A stretch of 64,000 bases of DNA. Source: Candidatus Woesearchaeota archaeon. Its GTDB lineage: Archaea > Nanobdellota > Nanobdellia > Woesearchaeales > BS150m-G63. Position 1 is the first letter of the stretch; each line of letters starts with the position of its first letter. This document shows positions 9,421-18,389 of the stretch, one piece after another. The notes beneath the pieces were generated by a model that was not told the origin of the DNA, did no database searches, and saw only the letters and a list, made by a program, of their open reading frames with translations. Made by a program: the position numbers and the translations under genes. The stretch lies in contig JADHVD010000001.1 in NCBI GenBank assembly GCA_016784165.1, positions 25,061 through 89,060 on the forward strand, read 5' to 3'.

Positions 9421-10242
9421 ATGAAAGAAAGAAAAATAAAAGGGTTAACTAAAAAAGAGAATTTTTTAGTACCAAATTCCTTTGATGTTGTTGGAGATAT
9501 TCTTATTTTTGCAGAATTTCCCGAAGAGTTAAAGAAAAAAGAAAAAATTGTGGGCGAATGGTTTATTGAACAGAATAAACACATTAAAGTAGTGTTAAAA
9601 AAAGTAAAGAAATATTCTGGAAAATATAGGACTCCTGTTTTGAGGGTTGTTGCTGGAGAAAGAAGAAAAAAAACAAGATATCTTGAACATGGGTGCAGAT
9701 TTGATTTGAATGTGGAATCAACTTATTTTTCTCCGAGATTGAGTACAGAAAGAAAAAGAATATATCAACAAGTAAAAAAAGGAGAATCTGTTTTAGTTAT
9801 GTTTTCAGGCATATCCCCCTATCCAGTGATTATAAGTAGAAATTCAGAAGCTAAAGAAATATTTGGTGTTGAAATAAATCCTTTTGCGCATGAATATGCA
9901 GAGAAAAATATATTGTTAAATAAAATTGAAAATGTTAAATTATATAATGGGGATGTAACAGATATTTTACCTAAAATAAAAAAGAAGTTTGATAGAATTC
10001 TTATGCCTTTGCCAAAGGGCGCAGAAGCTTTTTTGGGGGTTGCTTTGAGTAAAATTAAAAATAAAGGAACCATACATTTTTATGATTTTTTAGACAAACA
10101 AGATATTCCTAATTTAGCAATTGAAAAAATCAAGAAATCATGTAAGGAAGCTAAAAAGAATTTTAAAATATTGGATGTTGTTAAATGTGGGCAATATTCT
10201 CCTGGAAAATATAGAATTTGTGTTGATTTTAGAATACTTTAA
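9421..10242 (+). CDS. Trm5/Taw2-family SAM-dependent tRNA modification enzyme
   Basis: FDVVGDI, YFSPRL.TER, MFSGISP, EINP, DRILMPLP. Confidence 0.85.
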   Translation: MKERKIKGLTKKENFLVPNSFDVVGDILIFAEFPEELKKKEKIVGEWFIEQNKHIKVVLKKVKKYSGKYRTPVLRVVAGERRKKTRYLEHGCRFDLNVESTYFSPRLSTERKRIYQQVKKGESVLVMFSGISPYPVIISRNSEAKEIFGVEINPFAHEYAEKNILLNKIENVKLYNGDVTDILPKIKKKFDRILMPLPKGAEAFLGVALSKIKNKGTIHFYDFLDKQDIPNLAIEKIKKSCKEAKKNFKILDVVKCGQYSPGKYRICVDFRIL

Positions 10243-10266
10243 AAATAAAAGCCATTTATTTCTTTA

Positions 10267-10335
10267 TGCGCGATGATTTGGTGAACACCAACAGATCCGA
10301 AAGGAGATGATGAAAGGAAGTAACTAATGAGCGCA
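10267..10335 (+). ncRNA. Candidate box C/D guide sRNA
   Basis: GC-richer intergenic island: terminal stem TGCGC/GCGCA, C-like ATGATT, D'-like CAGA, TCC-GAAA-GGA hairpin, consensus C' ATGATGA, D-like ATGA. Confidence 0.55.
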
Positions 10336-10369
10336 CATTTATTAGAATTTTAAATTTTTGTTGGTTTGT

Positions 10370-11512
10370 TTAACCAAATAAATTCATATAATCTTTTCCC
10401 TCTGCTTTTTCCCTTGCTTTTACTTTTTTTATTGCTTTTAGAAAATCTTTTTCAGTTATGTTTATTCTGTTTTTTCTTATTGCGAAATAACCTGCTTCAG
10501 TACAAACAGCCTTTATTTCTGCACCAGAAAAGTTTTCTGTTTGTTTGATTATTTTATCTATATCTATCTTTTTATCTAGTAACATATTTTTTGTATGAAT
10601 TTTGAAGATTTCTTTTTTCCCTTCTTTATTTGGTAAGGGGATTTCAATTAACCTATCTAATCTTCCTGGTCTTGTTACTGCAGGATCTAGAATATCTTTT
10701 CTATTTGTACATCCAATTACTTTAACATTCTCAAGGTGTTTAAATCCATCTATTTCTGCAAGGAATTGCATAAAAGTTCTTTGCACCTCTCTTTCTCCAG
10801 AAGTTCCAACATCAATTCTTGTAGCTGCAATTGCATCGAGTTCATCTATAAATATTATTGTAGGTGATTTTGCTTTTGCTAAAGTGAATATTTCTTTTAC
10901 TAATTTTGCCCCTTCCCCTATAAATTTTTGAACTAATTCAGAACCCACTATTTCTATAAATGTAGAATTTGTAGATGCTGCAACTGCTTTTGCTAAAATC
11001 GTTTTTCCAGTTCCTGGTGGACCATAAAGAAGAATCCCTTTTGGTGGCTGAATGCCTATTTTTTTGAATAGTTTTGGTTTTTTAAGTGGGAGTTCTATAA
11101 CTTCTTTAATTTCTTCCATTTGTTCATTTAATCCACCAACATCATTCCATTTAATTGTTGGTTTTTCTAAAATAATAAATTTTTCAACATCAAAATTTTT
11201 AGATAATTCTACTTTTTTTATAATTGTAAGATTTCTTTGTTCAACAAGAACTTGGTCTCCTGGTAGAATTTTTTCACACTCATTAGAAATATTTACAAAA
11301 AATTGATTACCATTCTGGATTCGTATGATTACATTTTCTTTATATATTTCTTTAACTTCTGCAACCATCAAAGGGGTGCTTTTAAATTTATCAACTTCTT
11401 TTCTTAGTTCAGAAACAGCTTCTCTTAACAGAACACTTTCTTCTTGCGAAATAGAGTCTATTTCATAATTATAACTTATTTCTCTTTCTTTATTGTTTGC
11501 TTTTGGAGACAT
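10370..11512 (-). CDS. pan: Proteasome-activating nucleotidase
   Basis: N-terminal coiled coil and OB domain, GPPGTGKT, KFIGEG, IFIDELD, RPGRLDR. Confidence 0.93.
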   Translation of the reverse strand: MSPKANNKEREISYNYEIDSISQEESVLLREAVSELRKEVDKFKSTPLMVAEVKEIYKENVIIRIQNGNQFFVNISNECEKILPGDQVLVEQRNLTIIKKVELSKNFDVEKFIILEKPTIKWNDVGGLNEQMEEIKEVIELPLKKPKLFKKIGIQPPKGILLYGPPGTGKTILAKAVAASTNSTFIEIVGSELVQKFIGEGAKLVKEIFTLAKAKSPTIIFIDELDAIAATRIDVGTSGEREVQRTFMQFLAEIDGFKHLENVKVIGCTNRKDILDPAVTRPGRLDRLIEIPLPNKEGKKEIFKIHTKNMLLDKKIDIDKIIKQTENFSGAEIKAVCTEAGYFAIRKNRINITEKDFLKAIKKVKAREKAEGKDYMNLFG

Positions 11513-11571
11513 TTTATCTATTTAATAAAGGGCATTTTTAAGTTTTTGCCTTATTTAAGGTATTTATCTAA

Positions 11572-13314
11572 TTAGATGACAAATTTACCTTTTTTAAGAA
11601 TCCAAAATTCTTGTTTACCTTTTACCCCATAAATATCCATCTTTTGTTTTTTTGCATTAATTACAATGTCATAATGGTATTCTGTGGTTCTATCTGGATC
11701 AAATCCAGACCCTAATGCAATATGAATCATATTTGCTATTTTTTCATTTACAATTAAGTAATCACAAAGTTCTGCTTCGGGATTGGTGTTTATTGCAAAT
11801 TCCCCTAATTTATTGAAATTTTTCTTTTTTAAATTGATCAAGGTTTGTGGAAGAGACTTGTGCTTTTCTTTTTCAAGTAACGCTTTCCATGCATTTCTTT
11901 TTTCTTGGTTGAGTTTTTTTATTATTTTTTTAGGACCACTTACTATCTTGTACCCCTTTTTATCTGCTTTTACCACTAAAGGTTCTTTTTCACTCAACAT
12001 ATAACTTTGATCTATACTAATAACAACATCACCATAAAAAGTCCCTTTAATATATTCAGGGGTAAGAAATGCTTCCCCTCCAGGAATGTTTGCCATATTA
12101 CCTACCTTTATTCCTGTTTTTTTGTAATATGCTTTGTTAATTTTGCTTCTTGTTTCTGTCCCACTTAATTTTGCTTCTCTTTTGATATTTTTTCCTTTTA
12201 AGAAGACTTCAAAATTAGATTTTTCTGAATTTACAATAATTTCGTCTGCTTTTTTCATTACATCTGCAATTGCTTTGTTTCTTTTTTGCATATCAAACCA
12301 ATTGATATTACTTGTTTTAATGAAAATATCGATCGGAAGCGTTTCTGTAAAACAAACTCGACTTTGAGGGTCTCTAGATTCTTCTTTTGATTGGGGATAC
12401 CATTCAAATTTATAAAGAATTCCGCCAGGGCTAGGCCACCTTGTTTTTTTATTGGGTGTAGGGTAACCAATTGCTTCTCCAAAGAGGTGTTTCCCACCAT
12501 ACCCCTTTCCATGGATGAAAAAATTAATATCAGAAGGCTTAAAACAATTTAATTTTAATAACTTCGATAATATTTTGTATTTTTGAAAAATTGGTTCATC
12601 TATATTTTTTTCTAATTCACACCCAAACAAGGTTGTTTTTAAGTCAGATATTCTGTTTGCAGGTTTTAATACAGATGTTTTAGAACTAGAAGCACCAAAT
12701 GAAACTTTATTTTTTAATGAATCTTTCATCGCTCTTGCAATAGAAAAAGAGTCAAGGTAATCCTCCAAAGGGAGTTCTAATTCCTTAGGTATTAATTCAA
12801 ATCCAATTCCAACAGTTTCCCACCATTTAACATTACATGCTTGAGACCAGATTGTTTTTGCTGTTTCTAACAAATCTTTTTGTCTATAAGGCTTAAACCA
12901 TTTTGAGTTAAATTTGATGCACAATTCTTTGTTATTGAAACAATTATTTGTATTTAATATTAAGTCTGGTTTTTTGAAAATTCTTTTGAATTTTCCTTTA
13001 GTTTTTTTCTCAACTTCATTAATAAAATCTAAAAGTGCGATTGTTTTTTTATTTTTTACTTCTTTTTTTAATTGGTCATAGGTTTCCCAAACTCTTTCTA
13101 GTGCTTTATACGATTTATTGCCTTTCTTATTTATTCCAATCACATTTAATTCTGCATCGAGATTATGAACTGCTTTAGATAATGGGGCTATCGAGTAATA
13201 TGCCGATTTGTTGTCTTTTTCTAATAAAATTAATATTGCTTTTTTTTTGTATTTTGAAAGATTTTTTTGATAATATTTTACTGCATAATCAAATTCTTTT
13301 TTGTTGTATTTCAT
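11572..13314 (-). CDS. M29-like (thermophilic metalloprotease) aminopeptidase, extended
   Basis: NIPGGEAF, LGEFAINTN, NEK....HIALG and HYD motifs in the C-terminal half. Confidence 0.75.
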   Translation of the reverse strand: MKYNKKEFDYAVKYYQKNLSKYKKKAILILLEKDNKSAYYSIAPLSKAVHNLDAELNVIGINKKGNKSYKALERVWETYDQLKKEVKNKKTIALLDFINEVEKKTKGKFKRIFKKPDLILNTNNCFNNKELCIKFNSKWFKPYRQKDLLETAKTIWSQACNVKWWETVGIGFELIPKELELPLEDYLDSFSIARAMKDSLKNKVSFGASSSKTSVLKPANRISDLKTTLFGCELEKNIDEPIFQKYKILSKLLKLNCFKPSDINFFIHGKGYGGKHLFGEAIGYPTPNKKTRWPSPGGILYKFEWYPQSKEESRDPQSRVCFTETLPIDIFIKTSNINWFDMQKRNKAIADVMKKADEIIVNSEKSNFEVFLKGKNIKREAKLSGTETRSKINKAYYKKTGIKVGNMANIPGGEAFLTPEYIKGTFYGDVVISIDQSYMLSEKEPLVVKADKKGYKIVSGPKKIIKKLNQEKRNAWKALLEKEKHKSLPQTLINLKKKNFNKLGEFAINTNPEAELCDYLIVNEKIANMIHIALGSGFDPDRTTEYHYDIVINAKKQKMDIYGVKGKQEFWILKKGKFVI

Positions 13315-13369
13315 TTTTTACCTCTTTGTTGTTAAGTTTTTCTTGTTTTTATTTTTGGTTGTTTTATTT

Positions 13370-14410
13370 TTATTTAATTATCTTTATTAATCTTTTTTTT
13401 GTTTTTGTTAATATTTTTGGACCTTTTTTTGTTAAAAGGATTGTGTCCTCAATTCTGATTCCTTGTTTATTGTAAATTCCAGGTTCTATTGTAAATATAG
13501 TGTTTTCTTTTAACGTTTCTTTAGATTTTTCTTTTATTGATGGGGCTTCATGGATATCTATTCCTAAACCGTGCCCCAAACCATGTATCAGTTTTTGTTT
13601 TAATAGTTCTTCTGCTTCTTTGAATAGCTGATTACATTTTTTATTTATTCTTGAATTTTTTATTAATGTTTTTTGAACTGTTAATATGTGATTGTAGATT
13701 TTAAATTCTTCTTTTGTTGGCTTTCCAATATAAATTGTTCTACTCATATCTGAACAATATCCTTTGTATTTCACACCCATATCAATTAGACAAAAACCTT
13801 TTTTTAATTTAGTGTTCATTGGTTTGTGGTGAGGATATTTAGAATTTTGGCCAGATGCTACAATTGGATCAAAAGCGAGTTCTAATCCTTTTTGGAGAGT
13901 TTCGTGTACTATGAAAGAAGAGACGTCTGTTTCTGTTTTCAGTTTTCTTTTTTTAATTTGATTTAATGTTTTTTTAAATATTTTATCTGTGATTTTACAA
14001 GCATAACTTATTTTTTGTACCTCTTCCGCTGTTTTCGTAGATCTTAATTTATTTGTGAGTTGGGAGACGTCTTTTATCTTTTTATTTTTGAATGCTTTTT
14101 TTATTCCTTTATATTGGTTAAGGGTAATACTGTTTTTATTTAATCCTATAGTTTTTGAGGTTATGTTTTGATTAAGATATTTTGTTATGTCTTTTGGCCA
14201 TTTGGTTGGTTGAATGTTTGATTCTTTCTTTGCTATAGCTAAATTCATTTCAGGAACAAGGATCTTTGGTGGATTGTTTGTTGAAATTATTAAGCAAGAA
14301 AAATCTCCAAAATTTGAGAAGTATTTTATGTTTGGGTCATTACCGAAAAAGATTGCGGTTTGAATATTTGATTTTTTCAACTCTTTTTTGAATTCATGTA
14401 ATTTTAACAT
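13370..14410 (-). CDS. Xaa-Pro peptidase (M24)
   Basis: DMG...GYCSDMSRT, HGLGHGLG..IHE.P, TIEPGIY, G.RIED. Confidence 0.92.
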   Translation of the reverse strand: MLKLHEFKKELKKSNIQTAIFFGNDPNIKYFSNFGDFSCLIISTNNPPKILVPEMNLAIAKKESNIQPTKWPKDITKYLNQNITSKTIGLNKNSITLNQYKGIKKAFKNKKIKDVSQLTNKLRSTKTAEEVQKISYACKITDKIFKKTLNQIKKRKLKTETDVSSFIVHETLQKGLELAFDPIVASGQNSKYPHHKPMNTKLKKGFCLIDMGVKYKGYCSDMSRTIYIGKPTKEEFKIYNHILTVQKTLIKNSRINKKCNQLFKEAEELLKQKLIHGLGHGLGIDIHEAPSIKEKSKETLKENTIFTIEPGIYNKQGIRIEDTILLTKKGPKILTKTKKRLIKIIK

Positions 14411-14518
14411 TTTTTTTAATGGGGTAGTGGTTCAATAAAAATCTTTTGTTTTTGTTAAATGGTTGTTAATTGTTTATTGTGGGAAGGTTTATATATTTTT
14501 AGTCTTTTTTGGTGGTTT

Positions 14519-15727
14519 ATGAAAGAAAAAATATTAAAGAATGGGATAAGTGTTGTTTTTGAAAAAACAAGCACAGAGTCTGTTACAGTTGAAGTAGCAG
14601 TAAAAGTGGGTTCTATTAATGAAGATGAAAAAGTTGGGGGGATAAGCCATTTTATAGAACACCTGGTATTTTGCGGAACAGAGAAAAGAAAAAACTCTAG
14701 AGAGCTAACCAACGAAATAGAAAAGTTGGGGGGAGAATTAAATGCTGCAACCGGAAACGAAACAACATTCTTCTATATCAAAATTCCAAAAAAACATTTG
14801 AAAATAGCATTGGATTTGTTATCAGATATTTTGTTGAATCCATTATTTAGGGAAGAGGACATAGAAAAAGAAAGAAAAATAATCTTGGACGAGATAAATA
14901 TGATAAATGATGAACCAAGATTTTATCAATGGATTTTATTTCAACAAGCTTGTTTTGAAAGTAAGGTGGGCAATCCAGTCTATGGTACTAAAGAAAGTGT
15001 TAAACAAATAACAAAAAAAGAGATTGTGGATTTTTATAAGAAACACTATGTTTCTAATAATTTGTATGTCTCTGTTGTTGGGGGGTGTGAAGAACCATTT
15101 GAGTTAATCAATTCTTTTTTTAAAGATTTTGAGAAAGGAAGTTTGGATGAGTTCTATTTCGAAGAGCCTCTTAAGACAAAACCCATCAAAAAAATAGCGG
15201 AAAAAGAGGTGGCACAATCTTATGTTGTGTTGGGTTATCCAACAGTACCAAAAGGACATAAAGACGCCATTGTTTTTAAGATTATAAAAGCTATTTTGGG
15301 GAGGGGACAATCAGGCAGATTATTTGATGAAATAAGAAATAAAAGGGGGTTGGCATATGATGTTGGGGCCCATGATGAATCTGGTTTTAATTATGGTTTT
15401 TTTGCGACTTATGTAAATACAGAACAAAAAAATATCGAAGAAGTTAAGGGGATAATTCTTAAGGAACTCGATAAATTATTAGGTGTTTGTGAAGGGGATG
15501 TTGATGAAGCAAAAACATTTTTAGAAGGTAATTTTTTAATTAATATGGAAGACACACATAAAAAGTCTACATTTATCAATTCTTGGAATTTATTTGGACA
15601 ACCCGAAAAAGCACAGAATTATTTGGAAAAAATAAATCAAGTAACCAAAGAAGATATAAAAAGAGTGGTAAAACAATATTTTGGAGAAAATTATACTTTA
15701 GTTATTTTAAAACAGAATAATTCTTAG
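14519..15727 (+). CDS. M16 zinc peptidase
   Basis: HFIEH inverted zincin motif, GGELNAAT, SGRLF..IR.KRGLAY; start placed at the ATG after GGTGG. Confidence 0.92.
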   Translation: MKEKILKNGISVVFEKTSTESVTVEVAVKVGSINEDEKVGGISHFIEHLVFCGTEKRKNSRELTNEIEKLGGELNAATGNETTFFYIKIPKKHLKIALDLLSDILLNPLFREEDIEKERKIILDEINMINDEPRFYQWILFQQACFESKVGNPVYGTKESVKQITKKEIVDFYKKHYVSNNLYVSVVGGCEEPFELINSFFKDFEKGSLDEFYFEEPLKTKPIKKIAEKEVAQSYVVLGYPTVPKGHKDAIVFKIIKAILGRGQSGRLFDEIRNKRGLAYDVGAHDESGFNYGFFATYVNTEQKNIEEVKGIILKELDKLLGVCEGDVDEAKTFLEGNFLINMEDTHKKSTFINSWNLFGQPEKAQNYLEKINQVTKEDIKRVVKQYFGENYTLVILKQNNS

Positions 15728-15763
15728 TTTTGTTTTGGTTGATTTTTATTATTTTTAAATTAT

Positions 15764-16834
15764 TTATTTAGTTATTTCAAAACCTTGTACTTGTTTTAAG
15801 AGTTTTGCTGGTTTTCCTGTTTTGAAATGGTTTCTTACTGGTTCAAGAAGTTCGTTGATGTATCTCGCTGTGCTTGTTTTAAGGTCCATAGGGTGTACTT
15901 TTTTATTTTTGAATGCTGTTTCTAATCCATTATAATCTTTGAAAGATATGTTTCCCCCAAATTTTTCTGGTCTAGTTATTTTGAATTCTTTTATTTTTTC
16001 AAAGACGATGTATTTACAATATTCAAGTACTGGATTTTCTTCAATAACTCCTTCAGGACAATATGCTTTGTTTAATTTCCTATTTACTTCTTCTGTGGTG
16101 TCTGTCATAAAAATGGCAGAATCTGGATTTGATTTAGACATTTTCATTGCTATGACTCTATCTGTTGTTACAGTCCCTTTCGGCGGTTGTCCGAGCCCCA
16201 TTAACATATGGTGGTGTACTGCAATAGGTTTCCAAAAACCGAGCTTAGGGCCCAATTCTCTTGCCAATACATTGACTTTTCTTTGATCCATTCCTAATTG
16301 AGCTATGTCAACATTTAAGTAAAAGATGTCTGCGGCTTGCATACAGGGATAAAAAATTTGAGATGCTTGAAGGGATTCGCCTTCTTTTCTCCCCATAATT
16401 TGTCCACACCTAGTTATCCTTTTAACTGTGGAGTTTCTAGCTACCTGCATTACTGTTTTCCAATAATTCACATCTCTCATGGCTTTATTAGCCCAAACGA
16501 AATCTACTTTAGTCATATCCATCCCAGTGGCTTTCCACACTTCTATGAAATATTCTCCACAAGTTTGGATTTTTTCTAGATCCCCATCAAATTTATTGTT
16601 TGCCCAAGCATGCCAATCTGCTACCCACATCTTAAATTTACAGCCAGCTGTAATCATTTTGTTGATATTAATTGCTCTTAGGAGTCCTTGAGCTATGTGT
16701 ATTTTTCCACTAGGTTCAAAACCATCATAGGCTATTGGATTTTTTTTAGTTTTAAGAAGTTCTTTTAATTCATCCTCTTTAATGATTTCTTCTCCTACTT
16801 CTTTTATGAGGTCGAATCTCTTTGTTAATTCCAT
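15764..16834 (-). CDS. tyrS: Tyrosyl-tRNA synthetase
   Basis: YDGFEPSG..HIAQ, YPCMQAAD, GMDQRK, KMSKS. Confidence 0.95.
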   Translation of the reverse strand: MELTKRFDLIKEVGEEIIKEDELKELLKTKKNPIAYDGFEPSGKIHIAQGLLRAININKMITAGCKFKMWVADWHAWANNKFDGDLEKIQTCGEYFIEVWKATGMDMTKVDFVWANKAMRDVNYWKTVMQVARNSTVKRITRCGQIMGRKEGESLQASQIFYPCMQAADIFYLNVDIAQLGMDQRKVNVLARELGPKLGFWKPIAVHHHMLMGLGQPPKGTVTTDRVIAMKMSKSNPDSAIFMTDTTEEVNRKLNKAYCPEGVIEENPVLEYCKYIVFEKIKEFKITRPEKFGGNISFKDYNGLETAFKNKKVHPMDLKTSTARYINELLEPVRNHFKTGKPAKLLKQVQGFEITK

Positions 16835-16975
16835 CTTATTTGGATTTAAGCCTGAGACTATAAATATTTTTCTTTTTTAAGGTTCATATAAATACGCATA
16901 TAGTTTGTTTTCAAAAGGTTTATACAAAAATGACAAGCTCTTTAAGCATAAATATTTCTCAAAACTATCTCTTTT

Positions 16976-16992
16976 CGAAAGGTTTATATATT
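16976..16992 (+). promoter_or_regulatory. BRE/TATA promoter of the PRC-barrel gene
   Basis: CGAAAGG followed by TTTATATA, about 50 nt upstream of the ATG. Confidence 0.5.
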
Positions 16993-17041
16993 ATTTAACT
17001 TACTAATTGAGATATTATTAAGGGGTTATAGGTGGACAAAA

Positions 17042-17305
17042 ATGGCTGAAGAAGAAAAGAAATTTTCAAAACAATTATTGGGAAAAACCGTTGTTAGTAA
17101 AACTGGTAAAAGATTTGGCGAAGTGGGAGATATAGTGTTTGAAACAAAATCTGGAGAATTAATTCACGTTGTTTTACAGAATCCTACAAGTTATACTCAA
17201 AAGATGGAATTAGAGAAAGATAAAGCAGGAAGCATTTTAATTCCTTTTAGCGCAGTTATTGCTGTGGGTGATTTTCTAGTTGTAGCAGAAGAAGACATTA
17301 TATAG
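17042..17305 (+). CDS. PRC-barrel protein (CdpB-like)
   Basis: LLGKTVVS.TGK.FG.V.DIVF....G and IPFSAV.AVGD.LVV. Confidence 0.85.
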   Translation: MAEEEKKFSKQLLGKTVVSKTGKRFGEVGDIVFETKSGELIHVVLQNPTSYTQKMELEKDKAGSILIPFSAVIAVGDFLVVAEEDII

Positions 17306-17397
17306 TTCTTTTATTGTTTTATTAAAAGGTGACAAAATATATCTTTTACCCTATTATAGAAAAGCATATAAATTAAGCATCTATAGGTGGTAGTACA

Positions 17398-18348
17398 ATG
17401 AGCTCTTTATGGACTGAAAAATATAGGCCTGAAACATTTTCTGATATTAAAGGCCAGAAAGAAATTGTTAAGAGGGTTAAAGCGTTTGTTAAACTAAAGA
17501 ATATGCCTCATCAAATGTATGCAGGTCCTGCAGGGATAGGTAAATCTAGTTTGGCTTTGGTTTTGGCAAAGCAGTTGTTTGGGGAGAACTGGAAAGATAA
17601 TTTCTTAGAGTTGAATGCTAGTGATGAACGAGGCATAGATATTGTAAGAAATAAAGTAAAGAATTTTGCAAGGACAAAAGCACTTGGAAATGTTCCATTT
17701 AAAGTAATTTTTCTTGATGAGTGTGATGCATTGACTAAAGAAGCACAACAAGCATTAAGGCGAACAATGGAAAATTACACTAATACGTGTAGATTTGTTT
17801 TAAGTTGTAATTATAGTTCAAAAATTATAGACCCCATTCAAAGTAGGTGCGCGGTTTTTAGATTTAAATTACTCGACAATAAAGAGTTATTAGAAATTGT
17901 TGATGATATTACAAAGAAAGAAGGATTAGAATTAGCTGAAGGTGTTAAAGATGCATTGATAGAGGTTTCTGGAGGGGATTGTAGAAGATTAGAAAATTTA
18001 ATGCAAAGTGCTTCTGCGGTTTCTAATAAAATTGGTGTTGAAGATATATTTGCACTTGCATCTATAGCTAAGCCAAAAGAATTAATTGGTGTGCTTGAAT
18101 TAGCATCATCTAACCAATTTATTAAATCAAGAGATCAATTGTTAGATATTATGCTTAAATATGGTTTATCTGGGTTAGATATGGTTAAACAAATACAAAA
18201 AGAAGTATGGAATTTAAAAATAGATGATAAGAAAAAAGCAAAATTAGTTGATAAATGTGGCGAAATAGAGTTTAGAATGGTTGAAGGGAGCGACGAATTT
18301 TTACAATTAGAAGCTTTACTTGCTTATGTTACATATATTTCCAGTTAA
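17398..18348 (+). CDS. rfcS: Replication factor C small subunit
   Basis: WTEKYRP, GPAGIGKS, ELNASDERG, DECD, SRC motif. Confidence 0.96.
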   Translation: MSSLWTEKYRPETFSDIKGQKEIVKRVKAFVKLKNMPHQMYAGPAGIGKSSLALVLAKQLFGENWKDNFLELNASDERGIDIVRNKVKNFARTKALGNVPFKVIFLDECDALTKEAQQALRRTMENYTNTCRFVLSCNYSSKIIDPIQSRCAVFRFKLLDNKELLEIVDDITKKEGLELAEGVKDALIEVSGGDCRRLENLMQSASAVSNKIGVEDIFALASIAKPKELIGVLELASSNQFIKSRDQLLDIMLKYGLSGLDMVKQIQKEVWNLKIDDKKKAKLVDKCGEIEFRMVEGSDEFLQLEALLAYVTYISS

Positions 18349-18389
18349 TTGCAAATTAATTTAATTAATTAGTTGCTCTTTATATTAAG

